Below, piece by piece: positions 1 through 11,356 of a DNA stretch of 64,000 nucleotides. The position numbers and the translations under genes were made by a program. Numbering within the stretch: the first letter of the stretch is position 1; each line of letters opens with the position of its first letter. The stretch is taken from NCBI GenBank assembly GCA_946965045.2, contig OX337228.1, forward strand, positions 4,898,001 to 4,962,000, in the 5' to 3' direction. The notes beneath the pieces are model-generated. The model made no database searches and was not told the origin of the DNA. It saw only the letters and a program-made list of their open reading frames with translations. This DNA is from Epithemia pelagica. Its lineage: Eukaryota > Protista > Bacillariophyta.

Positions 1-97
1 TCGCATTAGATCCACAATGGGTATGAGTTGATATCGAACTTCCTCTACTCGGAGAACAATCGAACAAGATCTTCGACAAAATCCAACCACGAGCACC

Positions 98-748
98 ATG
101 GTTCCATTTTCGTTAGCACTTTTGTCGGCTGCATTTGCTCCTTTGGTCTCTTCATTTGCTGTGAATAGTCGCATTCAAGTGAAAGATGAGCGATCGACTT
201 CCCGGCCTGCTTCCTTTGAGAACGAAATTGGAGTGACGGCACCCTTGGGATTTTTTGATCCTCTTGGCTTGCTGAATGACGCAGAGTTGGAACGATTCAA
301 TCGCTTGCGTTATGTGGAACTCAAGCATGGTCGTATATCAATGTTGGCTGTTCTTGGACACATTGTGACGACTGGTGGGGTGAGACTACCAGGAGACATC
401 GACTTATCTGGGACTTCGTTTGAATCCATCCCACCTGGTCTGGGTGCTTTGACCAAGATCCCTGCAGCGGGATTGGCACAAATCATTGCCTTCATCGGTT
501 TCTTGGAGCTTGCTGTGATGAAAGATATAACTGGAGGAGAGTTTGTTGGGGACTTTCGAAACGAGGCCATTGACTTTGGTTGGGATGTCTTTACGCCGGA
601 AGAGCAAGAACGAAAACGAACGATTGAGTTGAATCAGGGACGGGCCGCCATGATGGGAATTCTTGCATTGATGGTTCACGAGCAACTACCTTCGCATGAT
701 CCATACGTGATCAATGGTCTTCTTGGCTATCCTATTGGCTTTTCATGA
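98..748 (+). CDS. Fucoxanthin chlorophyll a/c-binding light-harvesting protein (Lhcf/FCP type)
   Basis: Signal peptide plus transit-like N-terminus; GVTAPLGFFDPLG, RLRYVELKHGRISMLAVLG and ELNQGRAAMMG are hallmark LHC helix motifs; no intron needed. Confidence 0.97.
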   Translation: MVPFSLALLSAAFAPLVSSFAVNSRIQVKDERSTSRPASFENEIGVTAPLGFFDPLGLLNDAELERFNRLRYVELKHGRISMLAVLGHIVTTGGVRLPGDIDLSGTSFESIPPGLGALTKIPAAGLAQIIAFIGFLELAVMKDITGGEFVGDFRNEAIDFGWDVFTPEEQERKRTIELNQGRAAMMGILALMVHEQLPSHDPYVINGLLGYPIGFS

Positions 749-1302
749 GAATGAGACTTTCATTCCATTCGCAGGTTATAACTCTGGCTACCTAGGTTTA
801 TAAGTGAATTTTTCTGTAACGAATATGCCACGGGGAATTGGAGTTGTTTGATCTGTATCATGAATCATAACAGAGATGTTGTAATAGGTAGCAGTAGTTG
901 GTAGTAGCTCTATGCCAAAGGCGAGTTCGAAAATGATGGGATATGGGAAACTCCATTGAGAGATCAGTTCAAAATGGGTAGATCCGAGAATCATTTCTAC
1001 AGGGTAGGAAGAGGGCGTCTACTTGTAACCTTACGAGCACTTTTGAGGCTCACCCACGACACTGACACTCATTGCCCCATGTTTTTGAGGCTACACGAAG
1101 TTTCGTGTGAAGCTAAAAATGCGGTGATCCATGGCATACAAGTACCATAGCTCAGTCTTGCGTGATACACCCAGAATCGTTCTTGGAGGAAGACTCAGAT
1201 AGAACACATCGACGGCCAGACCAAAATCCTGCGTGAATTTTACGAGTTACGAGATCAAGCACAAGAGACTTGAGACAATAAGCAAGTGGAGTCCGCATTA
1301 CC

Positions 1303-3606
1303 ATGGATACATCAGAAACAAATACGGAAAAAGAAAAAATAGAGCAGCCCGCTCCCGATAAAAAGGACGTTGATGGACTTGCGTCGGGAGATGCCTACGA
1401 AGAAAACAAGTCCACGTCCATTGCCAAAAAGACGTCACAAACAAGAGAGTCACACGATGAAGCCTTTTGGTACAAGCTCTGTGAGCGATACAAACAATAC
1501 CAGGAAGATAATCCACAGAAGAATTGTTCTCAGAGGTCTTTCCTGAAATCGAAAGAGGCGCTGGAAGTAACTGGAGCCCCTCGAGAATGTCGAAGTTTTT
1601 CTCGCTATTGGAAAAGATTTGAACAAGGAGAACTGAACCCTACAAGTAGACGAAGGCGAAGGAGAGCCGTTGGTTATGTTGAAATTGAGGAGCGTTTATC
1701 TACTTATCTCCTTCTTCGTTCGATGATTTTTATTCGAGGCGATGTAAATGGAGCTACTTGGGCCAAACTGAAACAAAAATGTGTTAAATGGGGAGCAAAG
1801 GAATTGAAAGAACTTCAGTCTCGAGAGGAAAGTAATGAAGTTTCCCAGACCGATGTTGATTCTGTCTCAGACAAAAAGGAGATTGAGAACACAGACGGAA
1901 AGCCAAGTGATGATAAAACGGAGAAAAAATATAGCGACTTTCGTGCCTCTCCGGGATGGCTTCACAAGGTTCTGAAGCGGAACAACATAGAAGTAAGTAG
2001 TTTTGTCTTATTGGTGAGACCCATTTCTCCCAATCGATTTATGGGAGCATGGTACTCATCTTTCTTTCCGCAGTCAAAATACTTGCAAAGCGAGATGGAC
2101 GCAAAGGAAGAACACACGGCCATGGACCAGTTCATTCCTGCTTTTCATCAAAAAATGGTGGATCTTAATATAAGTGGAGGGTGCCTATACAACGCTGCAC
2201 AAACAACATTGTTCTTTCGTCAGTTTCCATCCACAAAACAACAACGTAAGAATACGAAACAGCATGCATCACCCTGCGATCGAGTTTCGTTGATGGTTTG
2301 TACAGCTGCGGATGGTACCAAACTCCCTCTCGCTGCTGTTGGTACAGCGAAATCACCTTTTGGGCAGAGTAACGATGACGACGACGAAGAAGCTGAAATA
2401 GATTTCAAGCCAAAAGGAGAAAGTGACGGAGGATCTTCTGGTTCTGCATCGGTAGATTCTAAGCCATCTCCGAAGCCTCCGATTCCGTATACAAGCCAGC
2501 CGAATGCATGGTTCGACCAAAAAACAACATTATGGTGGATTCACAACGTTTTCTGGCCTTTTCATACGGAGCAGCATGGAGACGTTCCATGCGTGTTATT
2601 GTTGGACCAGTGTCCAGCCCATGTCGACTTAGATCAGGTGGATTACGACCTCCCGCTCCCTGAGAAGTTGGAGATTTTGTATTTCCCAGTGAAAATGAGC
2701 CGGAAACGGCACCCGTCAGAAGGAGGGACAATCGGTAGCGTCAAGCTGGGTTATAAGCTCAAAATGTTGTCCAGTGTCCTCGCTCTTTTTGATTTACTGG
2801 GTGGCTTTGAAGGAGCTCAGGAACGCCATTATGGCAACGGCCACGAAAGGAATCCTTGTTCTGGCGGCCTCTCGTGTGGTGACCCGGCGACTTTATTCGA
2901 TTGTCTTTACATTCTCAAACAAGTATGGAACTCATCCACTAGATTCGCAACCACAACACTGGTACTGGAAGGATGGAAAAAGAGTAATTTGTTGCCGTCA
3001 TGGTGGGAGGAGGAAATTGATGTTTGGGTTTCCGGAGCAACACAACGACCACGACGGAAAGAAGGATGGAGTGATAAGGAGTGTGTCCAGCTTTGTCATT
3101 CTTTGCAGTCATTAGCTGCAAAGGTGGAAGAGTCAGGGCTGGAGAGACAGCAACTAGAGTCCTCCGCTCTGAAGAATTCATATGTTCTCAGACGTGCAGA
3201 AGGCGAAAATTTCCGGTCTGAAAAGGATGAGGATGTATGGGCAATGGCAAGTGCTTGGATTGAAATTGAAGATGACCCACAAGTGCGCGAACACCTTCTG
3301 GAGGACGAGTGTGATCGGGTCCTTTCACAGAGGAAACGTGCTTTGGCACTGGAAAAGTTGCTGAAGGAAGATGAAGAGCAAAAGGAAGAAGACCAAGTTA
3401 CCACTCGGTATGAACGTGTCCAGCAGGGCTTGGATGAAGCACGGGAATATGCCCAATATCTGGGAATGGATGAGAAATTACTTAGCTTACTTGACCGGTT
3501 CGAAAACAAACTCAATCAAATGGTGACAAAAATTCAAAAGGTGAAGGTTGTGGATGGGAGGAAAAAGCGTGTAAGATTGAACGTCGAGAACGTTGAGGTT
3601 TCCTAA
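1303..3606 (+). CDS. Pogo/Tigger/CENP-B-like protein (Tc5-type HTH plus DDE_1-like domain), probably domesticated and catalytically inactive
   Basis: Motifs FRASPGWLHKVLKR, LYNAAQTTLFF, RVSLMVCTAADGTKLP, YTSQPNAWFDQK, VLLLDQCPAH and ILYFP follow the pogo DDE_1 layout; probable in-frame intron 1993-2073 (GTAAGT...CCGCAG); I found no flanking TIRs. Confidence 0.8.
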   Translation: MDTSETNTEKEKIEQPAPDKKDVDGLASGDAYEENKSTSIAKKTSQTRESHDEAFWYKLCERYKQYQEDNPQKNCSQRSFLKSKEALEVTGAPRECRSFSRYWKRFEQGELNPTSRRRRRRAVGYVEIEERLSTYLLLRSMIFIRGDVNGATWAKLKQKCVKWGAKELKELQSREESNEVSQTDVDSVSDKKEIENTDGKPSDDKTEKKYSDFRASPGWLHKVLKRNNIEVSSFVLLVRPISPNRFMGAWYSSFFPQSKYLQSEMDAKEEHTAMDQFIPAFHQKMVDLNISGGCLYNAAQTTLFFRQFPSTKQQRKNTKQHASPCDRVSLMVCTAADGTKLPLAAVGTAKSPFGQSNDDDDEEAEIDFKPKGESDGGSSGSASVDSKPSPKPPIPYTSQPNAWFDQKTTLWWIHNVFWPFHTEQHGDVPCVLLLDQCPAHVDLDQVDYDLPLPEKLEILYFPVKMSRKRHPSEGGTIGSVKLGYKLKMLSSVLALFDLLGGFEGAQERHYGNGHERNPCSGGLSCGDPATLFDCLYILKQVWNSSTRFATTTLVLEGWKKSNLLPSWWEEEIDVWVSGATQRPRRKEGWSDKECVQLCHSLQSLAAKVEESGLERQQLESSALKNSYVLRRAEGENFRSEKDEDVWAMASAWIEIEDDPQVREHLLEDECDRVLSQRKRALALEKLLKEDEEQKEEDQVTTRYERVQQGLDEAREYAQYLGMDEKLLSLLDRFENKLNQMVTKIQKVKVVDGRKKRVRLNVENVEVS

Positions 3607-4092
3607 GTTGTGAAGGAAATGGTATCCTACTACTAGAGCCTCAAGAATTGCATCTTCATCGTTTCCCCCTCTTTTCCTTAGCCGAACATCCCAACTGTCA
3701 AAGATTGGAACTCTCTTTCTGCTATGCCTGATGAACCCTTGATGCTTTCCAGTAGGTCCCCCTTGAGTCATGCCCACCTCTCTGATTTGGATCTAGACAG
3801 CTGGCGTATTTCATTTCCTCCACCAGATATCAACACGACAATCAAACTTTGTTGTTGCTGGTGAGCTCCTATAACCACACCATCTTGATAGGACCATATC
3901 ATATTACATTTCAATGCCATTCTGATGCATTGGTAGAGGGGCAGAGTGCAGGTACATACAGCACGATACGACACCACGATGGTGTCATTACAATAAGACA
4001 AGAGATGTTTTTGCAAGAAAATCTGTTTTTCTCTGTTATTTACTCTTACAAATCCTCATTGTTGCCAGCAATCTTGCAATAGGGATAGGGGG

Positions 4093-4199
4093 TAGGTGAG
4101 GGGGTACCCCCCAGCGGGGGTGGCTTTGAGGGTGTAATTTCGTGTTTCAACGAAATTACTCCCTCAAAAACACTCTCGCTGGGGGATAGGTGAGGGGGT
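4093..4199. repeat. Imperfect 36-bp hairpin (4108-4143 / 4150-4185, 6-nt loop) flanked by 13-bp direct repeats TAGGTGAGGGGGT (4093-4105, 4187-4199)
   Basis: Read directly: the left arm CCCCCAGCG..TTTGAGGGTGTAATTTCGT pairs with ACGAAATTACTCCCTCAAA..CGCTGGGGG. Confidence 0.8.
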
Positions 4200-4268
4200 G
4201 TCTCAACGTAACTACAACCCCTCCGAAACCCCAGAGGTACGGGGGGGGAATTTCGGGCGAATACCATA

Positions 4269-4801
4269 AGGGCTGGGTGCACCGATCCATCAACATCTAA
4301 GTAGGCTCAGTACATTAGCCTACGTAGTACTATTTTCATGTGTGTAACAAGTGGGGCGGATGGTCGCAAATCGAAAACTTGCCGCCACGAGAAACAATGC
4401 AATCCGGAAGCCATCACTCGACAATGGTAGAAGCCGTCACCCCCATGGCCATAACTTCCTCAATAATAGAGCTCGCCTAAACCGCTTTTAGAATAAGAGT
4501 CTTCACTACTAGAGTGACTCTGCTTTCAATTCGGTCGAGGTACCGTTCAGAAATGGATGAGTTAGGAAGGTCTTTCGACTACATCACCACAGAAAAATGA
4601 GCATACCTTTTGATCCAACAGGACAAATCTTCTGTAACTGCAGAACACAGTAATATGAGCAAACTCAAACAACCTACAATGGTCAGATGTTGATGTGATT
4701 CATATGCGGCATCACCGGATCTCGCTGTCACCGTGGAGTGTTTTTGCATTTTTTCGGACTTCCCATTTCCGATATGACATGTACTATAGGATTTTATGTA
4801 C
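4269..4801 (-). mobile_element. Decayed, truncated, inverted copy of the MITE at 29972-30586
   Basis: Starts TA-AGGGCTGGGT..CCGATCCAT; internal sequence (GTAGTACTATTTTCATG, AACAAGTGGGGCGGATGGTC, GAGAAACAATGCAATCCGGAAGCCA, GGAGTGTTTTTGCATTTTTTCGGACTTCCCA) matches the reverse complement of the 30 kb element; homology stops at ~4801 before the second TIR. Confidence 0.85.
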
Positions 4802-4995
4802 TCTGGCCGAATTTGACGTACGGGCGGTCAGACCTAAAAAGCACCAAATCGGTGCACTTACAAGGAATACGGAAGCACGATGGAGACGCCCCGTCATTCA
4901 CTTTGTTCGTTGCCTACGAATACGAGCGTTATCGTTTATGAGCTAATGATAAAGGTGACGGCATTTTCAAACAATATCATAGTAGATCATAGAAC

Positions 4996-6096
4996 ATGAG
5001 TCGCAGTACGACATTGGTTCTTCTGGTGTGCGGTCTCCCTGGTTGTGGAAAAAGCACGTTTGCGAGAGATCTTCTTCGTCAAGTTAATTTTGTTCAGGAA
5101 GGATCGCAAACCTCTCTATCGAAGAAACCTTCTGTTGAGTGCCACCATATTGAATACGATCATCTACAGAATCGCCTACTTGATGATTCCCTTTCTGACG
5201 ACAACAACGAAGTGAACAATGGTGTTGTGGATCTTTCCTTGGAAGCATGGCGGAAGAGCCGCACGGCTGCGCTTGAAGAGCTGAGGAGCCTTCTACAAGA
5301 ATCCTCCAGTACAACAAAATATCGCTTAATCCTTCTTGACGACAATTTTCATCTCCGTTCGATGCGGAAACAAGTATTTAAGGTTTGTCAGAAACAAATT
5401 CAATCCGCGACAAAGCCGTCACATGTAGGTGATGACGTAGAACATTTCGTATCAAGAACAGATTCTCCTGACCGGCGCAGTATTTTGTTTGCCACTATCT
5501 GGATACAATCTACCGTGGAGACATGTCTTCGTCGCAATGCATGTCGTTCCCCCACGCGTCGTGTTTCCGAGGACACCATTCACAGAATAAAGAGTTCTTG
5601 TGAGCCTCCGATTGTTGGTTCTGAGGCATGGGAAGTCCATATCTTGTCTCTCTCCGATGAAGACAACCAATTAGACATTGTGGAGAGTTCCCTTGTCAAT
5701 CAAGCACTTTCCTTTGTGCAGTCTCTGCTTTTTGAGGATCACCAAGCCGTGTCGGCTTGTGTCCATCCTGAGGTAGAACTGGCTCGGCAGGAACGAGAAC
5801 GTGACATTACACGAGCCAGCTATGGACATCAACTTGATCAGGCGTCTCGGAAATGGGTCGGCGCAGTTGCTCAGCTTCATCCCTGTGATGCCAAGCTTGC
5901 CAACAAAATTCGAAAGAGTATGTTGCGCGAAGAAATAACTCCACCACACTTGAATGACCACAGTCAGTTAGAGAAGGATTTACCCAAACTCTTGGCACGT
6001 CGTCTTGTAAGCGAGTCCTCCGTAGACTGGACTAAATCAGAGGTAGATCAGCTGCTCCAGGTATTGAGTGAAAGTCGTAAGAGTCAAAATGAATAA
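4996..6096 (+). CDS. PSTK: L-seryl-tRNA(Sec) kinase-like P-loop kinase
   Basis: Walker A in VCGLPGCGKSTFA, LLDDNFHLRSMR motif and CLRRNACR lid, all typical of PSTK. Confidence 0.8.
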   Translation: MSRSTTLVLLVCGLPGCGKSTFARDLLRQVNFVQEGSQTSLSKKPSVECHHIEYDHLQNRLLDDSLSDDNNEVNNGVVDLSLEAWRKSRTAALEELRSLLQESSSTTKYRLILLDDNFHLRSMRKQVFKVCQKQIQSATKPSHVGDDVEHFVSRTDSPDRRSILFATIWIQSTVETCLRRNACRSPTRRVSEDTIHRIKSSCEPPIVGSEAWEVHILSLSDEDNQLDIVESSLVNQALSFVQSLLFEDHQAVSACVHPEVELARQERERDITRASYGHQLDQASRKWVGAVAQLHPCDAKLANKIRKSMLREEITPPHLNDHSQLEKDLPKLLARRLVSESSVDWTKSEVDQLLQVLSESRKSQNE

Positions 6097-6125
6097 ATAA
6101 TATGCTTCCTAGCAATATTTCTTTC

Positions 6126-7682
6126 TTAGTCCTCTCCAAAGTCTTCTCGTGCGATGAACTTGTCCTTTGGTGCCCCGCACTGAGGGCATTTAAAGTCGGC
6201 TCCATAGAATTTTGATTCTCTACCCTGTGCCACGAACAGTGTGTACCCACATTCTGAGCATTCGTATACGTTGCTTACACTCTCCTCCTGTTGTTGTTCT
6301 TTTTCTGCTTCTTTGGCTTCCTCCGGATCTTCCAAAGTCCCATCCTTGTTGAGACGTCGTCCTTTCTTATCATATTTTTGAGTCTGCATACCGTACATTG
6401 CCTCACGGTCAGATACAAAGCCGTCGGCTGCTTCCTCGTCAAATATACGCTCTGCAACCTCTCGGCCAAGTCCCAATGTTTCCCATCCCACAGTCAAACT
6501 AGTTTGCTTCTTGCCCCCACCGAGGACAGCTGCACGATACGAAGCTTCCGCAATCGCCCTTAAAGAAAACAAAGAGACAGTGTCTTGTCAGAACGTAGAT
6601 GTTGAGTTAATAGGACATTCGAACAGACCAACGTACTGTTGTGATGTTTCGACTAGTGTATCGGCAACCGAGGCGTCACGATAGGTACCTTTTATCATAT
6701 CTTTGATTGGCTCCAAGGCTTGTTTTCCTTCGGCAGATTTGATAATGCGGCTACCAAAGAATAAAAGCTTCCCCGCCGATGAGATCTTGTCTGCGCCCAT
6801 TCGACGGCAAAGTGAAACAAGAAGTTCGGCGACGCGCTCGTCCGACAGTTTGGCCATGGTAAAAACATACGACAACGAAACAATCGCCTGTGGGCTCACA
6901 GTTTTCTTCTTTGCGTATTCTTCCAGGTAAGCCTTCAGCATCGTATCGGTTCTTGAGGGCCCCAAGAACAAAAGTTTTTTACTGTACTCCGAATAGCACA
7001 ATCTCATTTCATCAAAATCTCCGTCGTGATATATCATCTCACGAGAGAAACTGTCGATCAGTGCATCCGTATTCTCAGCAACGCGGCTCGACACTCGGTT
7101 GAACGCCCATCGACTAGCCGCAAACAATGCTACTGATGGAATGATGAGTGTTGAAATGATATCGGACAATCCCATAGTCTTGAGTCTATCACCGAACGAG
7201 CTGTTTTGACTTGCTTGCTCTACCCTCTCAGCGTATTGTTGCATCTTCTCCATTTGAGCATCAAAAGCGGAAGCATAGGGATCGGGCTCAATTTGTCCAG
7301 CATCACTCGTACTATCGACTGCTGACTCGGAACTTAGGGCTTCCGATGATGTCGTGGTCGCATAAGTGGAACTAGCCAATACAGTAGTTCTTCGACTGCC
7401 ATCCTTCGAGGGCATCGCAATTCTACGACGACTGTTCGTTGAACTTGAGGTTTGAAGGGCATTCAGTGTCTCTCCCTGAGGAGATGAAGCTGAGGAATAG
7501 CCTTCTGTCAGTATGAAATCCCACTCATTTCCAGGGCCGCCAGTTGGTTGATCGGGTGACGCCGACAGGTGCCAAACACGACGAGATCGCACAACAATCG
7601 GCAGCATGTGTAGGCTTGGGGACTGTGGACACCACGCCGATACAGCAGATAGCCCCGTCGATACCAAAACGAACAGTCTCAT
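6126..7682 (-). CDS. Plastid-targeted protein with helical repeat region and C-terminal rubredoxin-like domain; 2 exons (intron 6559-6636)
   Basis: Signal peptide ending SAW; splicing GTACGT...TTTAAG joins ORFs 6588-7682 and 6126-6572 in frame (QQAIAEA); C-terminal YECSECGY...FKCPQCGAPKDKF. Confidence 0.8.
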
Positions 7683-8233
7683 TGTTTGTTCAACCTTTTC
7701 TATCGGATCTCTGAGATGCCTGTAGACCGAAGCTTATTGTCTCCAACAGAGTCCTGTCATCGTCTGCATCCACTAACGTCAAGATGCCAACTTCCACGTG
7801 TATGCATTGTCTCCTTGTATTTCAGTCGTTCCAGGACTGGAGTCTGTCTGCTCATTTGACTCCCTCCAAGGCGTCCATCTGTCGCCCGGTTTCCGTGCAC
7901 CCAACACCCAATGGCCCATGTCCTTATGGTATTTTGCCCCTCATATGTGTGGAGGGATGCAAATACTCTTTCAAGACCTCTTCTAATTCTAGAGGGATTG
8001 GATCAGAGTACTTTGAATGGCGAAGAAGACGACTTTAAGTTGATCAATTGTTTTTATCGATTCCAGGAGGCCTTCTTCCTGTGGATGAGTTTGAAATTGG
8101 CAGCATTTCCTGGTTGGGTTAAGATCAAAGGGTCCTTGTCCTTGCCGCTGTGGGGGACTCCTGAGGATCCCAGAAGAAGAACAAGGTGACACACGGTTTG
8201 AGTTTTTTCTCTTACAAGGGTTGTCTCTGTCCA

Positions 8234-11205
8234 ATGAAGCGTGTGATGAAACGAGCGTTGGCAGATCGAGCTAAATTGGATTTGCCTCAGGGCTCTGGTG
8301 GCTCGGTCAACGGAGCCGCTTCGCCACCAAGCGAGACGACTGCAGCATGCACCCCAACGAATCCGAATCATGAAAATGGAAGGATTGGCTTCGTTTCCTC
8401 TCCTGTAGAAGGGCCCCCTCCTCTCAAGTTGCAAAGAATCGCTTCCGAAGAACCACCATCTGTTAGGGAGCAGACTCCTTCGATTTCAGTTCCTCTACCG
8501 AAGATAGAGAAGTCAGAAGCAACGGTTAGCAGCTCCAGCGTTCCACCTTCTCCGCGGATTGCAGTTTCGCGTCCGGATATTGCAAGAAGCCACCAAACAT
8601 CGTCCGTCCAGAGCTCTAATAAACGAATACGGAAAGAAACCTCCAGTAATCACTCTCTTCCACTATCGTCTGAGCAAGAGAATGACAGTAGTTCTGCCTT
8701 TTACTTGCAACATCAAAACCGGGCCTTGGCTGTTGAGCTCAAGTCTTTGCAGGCACAGGTTCGAGAACTCGCTCAAGAACGGGAGCATAGAAGAAAATCG
8801 TGCCTTCAGGCGCTTCAGGCCCTACATTCATTGCAGGCAACATGGACGAGCCTTGAAACGGCGCTTGGCCAAGAAACTTCGACAATGCCTTCTTCCACTT
8901 CAACGTCTTCGCCCAGCGACATGCCTACCAGCACAGCTGGTGATACGAATGAGACTTCGGTAGAATGGACTGCGGCGTTACATAATGCCTTGCAAGCTTT
9001 GGGGAACCAATCGAGACCAGCGACCAGCGGTGACAATTCAGAAGATCGGGACAGTCCGACTGCTGATGAGGATAGTCCGTCATCCTCGGGGCAAAGGGAA
9101 ATGAGAAGCTTAGGTGTAATGGCTGCTAATATAACAGGAAGAGCCAACTGTCTGCAGGAATGGCTTTGGAAAGTTCTATACTCGAAAGGGATGGACCTGC
9201 CTAAACCCAATGTCGGTGCTTTGCAGCAGAGAACGGATTTGGAAAGCGAAATCGAAAGGTTGAAAGCACAAACAGTGGAGCTGATGCAAAGTCTCGATGA
9301 CATGGGGACAAGGGAGCGAAGACTACGAAGAAACATATATCGTCTGGACGTCGGCATGATAACACAGAAACAACTTATTCAATCCGTTGTAGCAGGAACA
9401 CAAAACGTTGACGAGGATCCGGAGCGCTTGGCAGTGCAGAAAGAAGCAGTTCTAAAGGGATCTTTTGGCGGAGATATTGATTCAAGCAAGGCAGAGATGT
9501 CTGACGGACAAGGCCCCGGGCCTAATGGGTCCGTGTCGGCATCGGTTGTTGCTGGTCTGCAGAGAGAGCTCCAAGATTCGAGACAGGAAGTTGCAAATCG
9601 GGAGAAATCCATTGACGAGGTACGACTGGATCGAATATGTCAGCATATCTTTTTTCTGTGGCATCTCATGTTTGCGTTTCTCTGTAGTTGAATGCTAGGA
9701 TTCGTGAACTGGAACTTCGCGTGAATGAATTGTCAGCAAAACAGCGTTTGGAAGGGGAGAAAGAAAAACTGGAATCGTTAGAAGAAATGTCGCATAAACT
9801 CTTGGCTGCGGAAAAGGAGACTAAAGCCTTGACGGAAAGATTAGAAATTGTCCAGGGTAAATGGGCACAATCATCTGGGAACGAGGAAGCATTAACTAAG
9901 TCGCTGGAAGAAATGGAAAAACGACATGATAGAAAATGGAGCGAGCTAACCTCTTCAGAAATAGCAAAACAGGACTTTGAGGATGGTGTAAATTCTTCTG
10001 TGGAGCAAGCGAAAAAGATTGCTGAACTTGAACATAAGCTTCGTCAGGCGCTCGAAAATGTCCGACAAGCAGAAACTGTGAAGAACAATCTGCGAGATGC
10101 GCTCAAGGTTAATGAATCGCTTCAAGTTGCCATATCGCTACTCAAATCGAAAAGTTCCCATGAGAAAACTGAAAAGAGTGAGAAGAGTGACCGTTCAGAG
10201 AAAAGCGATAGGCAAAGTAGCTCTAAGTCTTCATCCTCAAATGACAATCATACCGCAGCAGCAGGTAACAAGAGCGAAGGACACAGCGAATCTAAAAGCC
10301 ATGGGCATCACCACAGAGAAAGTGGCGGATCGGACAGAATAAGTGCTGAAAAGGCGGAGAAAATTTACCGGGAGAACAAGAAGATGCGAAAAGAAATCGC
10401 TGCCCTTATGGCGAGCAAGGAGGGGCACAAGGCAAAGCTCGAACGCACGGAGAATGAGAAAAATGGTCTGGTCGAATCTTACTCTCGTTTGGTGAAACAG
10501 GCAGCGGAGAAAGACGAAATGAATGCGAAGTCATTGTCCTCCATTCTTCACCTGAAGAGCTTAACGGAGCAGTTGACACGAGAACGAGAAAATTTGGAAC
10601 AGCAGATGAAGAGCGCGGAACAACTTGCTTTGGCGGCTCGACTAGCAACGAATGCAAAAGAAAGGTTGGCTGAGGAGCTGACAAAAGAGAAAGCATCTCT
10701 ACAGGAAGAAATGAGGCTTCTCGAGAAAAGCCATATCGAGACGAAGAATGAACTGGGCGAGAAAACTGCAGATTGTGCCAACGCAAGTGCTAAGACAGTG
10801 ACGCTTACAGCGGAGCTGACTAATCTCCGAAAGAGATGTGATGAGTTTGTAGCAGAAACAGAAGGCCAAAGGAAGGAGATTCGAAAGCTTTTGGATGCGC
10901 TTGATAAGGCTGAGCGTGTAGCTAAAGAGGCAAAGGAGAAGTTGGCGGAGATGTCCAAGACTTCTGGCTCAGACAGCAAGTCGTTATTCACAACAGACCA
11001 GTTGACGACACAGATAAAGGTGTTGAAGAACCGGCTTGCCTGTCCTGTTTGTCATTATCGCGACAAGGAATGTATTATTATGCGATGCCGTCATATGCAC
11101 TGTAAGCAATGCGTGGAGGAACGACTCGCTAACCGCTCTCGAAGGTGTCCGACTTGCAATAATCCATTCGGAAGGAATGACGTTGAAGACATTTTCTTGG
11201 GCTAA
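8234..11205 (+). CDS. BRE1: E3 ubiquitin ligase BRE1-like (coiled coil plus C-terminal RING); intron 9620-9687
   Basis: YLQHQNRALAVEL N-terminal motif, long coiled coils, KDEMNAKSLS, RING CPVC..C..MRCRHMHCKQC..RRCPTC; GT-AG intron restores the frame. Confidence 0.9.
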
Positions 11206-11356
11206 ATAAGGTTAAGGAAGTTTTGATTGTCACGCTACTAGGGTAGGAGTACTTTGCTGGTACACTTGCTATATACACCTCGTTCATTTTCACACTTGTC
11301 ACCAGGTATCACAAATCACAGGAAAAAAGAGTTTTGCTTCATTCAAACGTATCTTG

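Noticed and set aside
1303-4801. Pogo-like gene plus the nearby MITE end as a single autonomous element
   Set aside because: The MITE TIR at 4269 faces away from the gene, no matching TIR was seen upstream of 1303, and the catalytic residues are degenerate.
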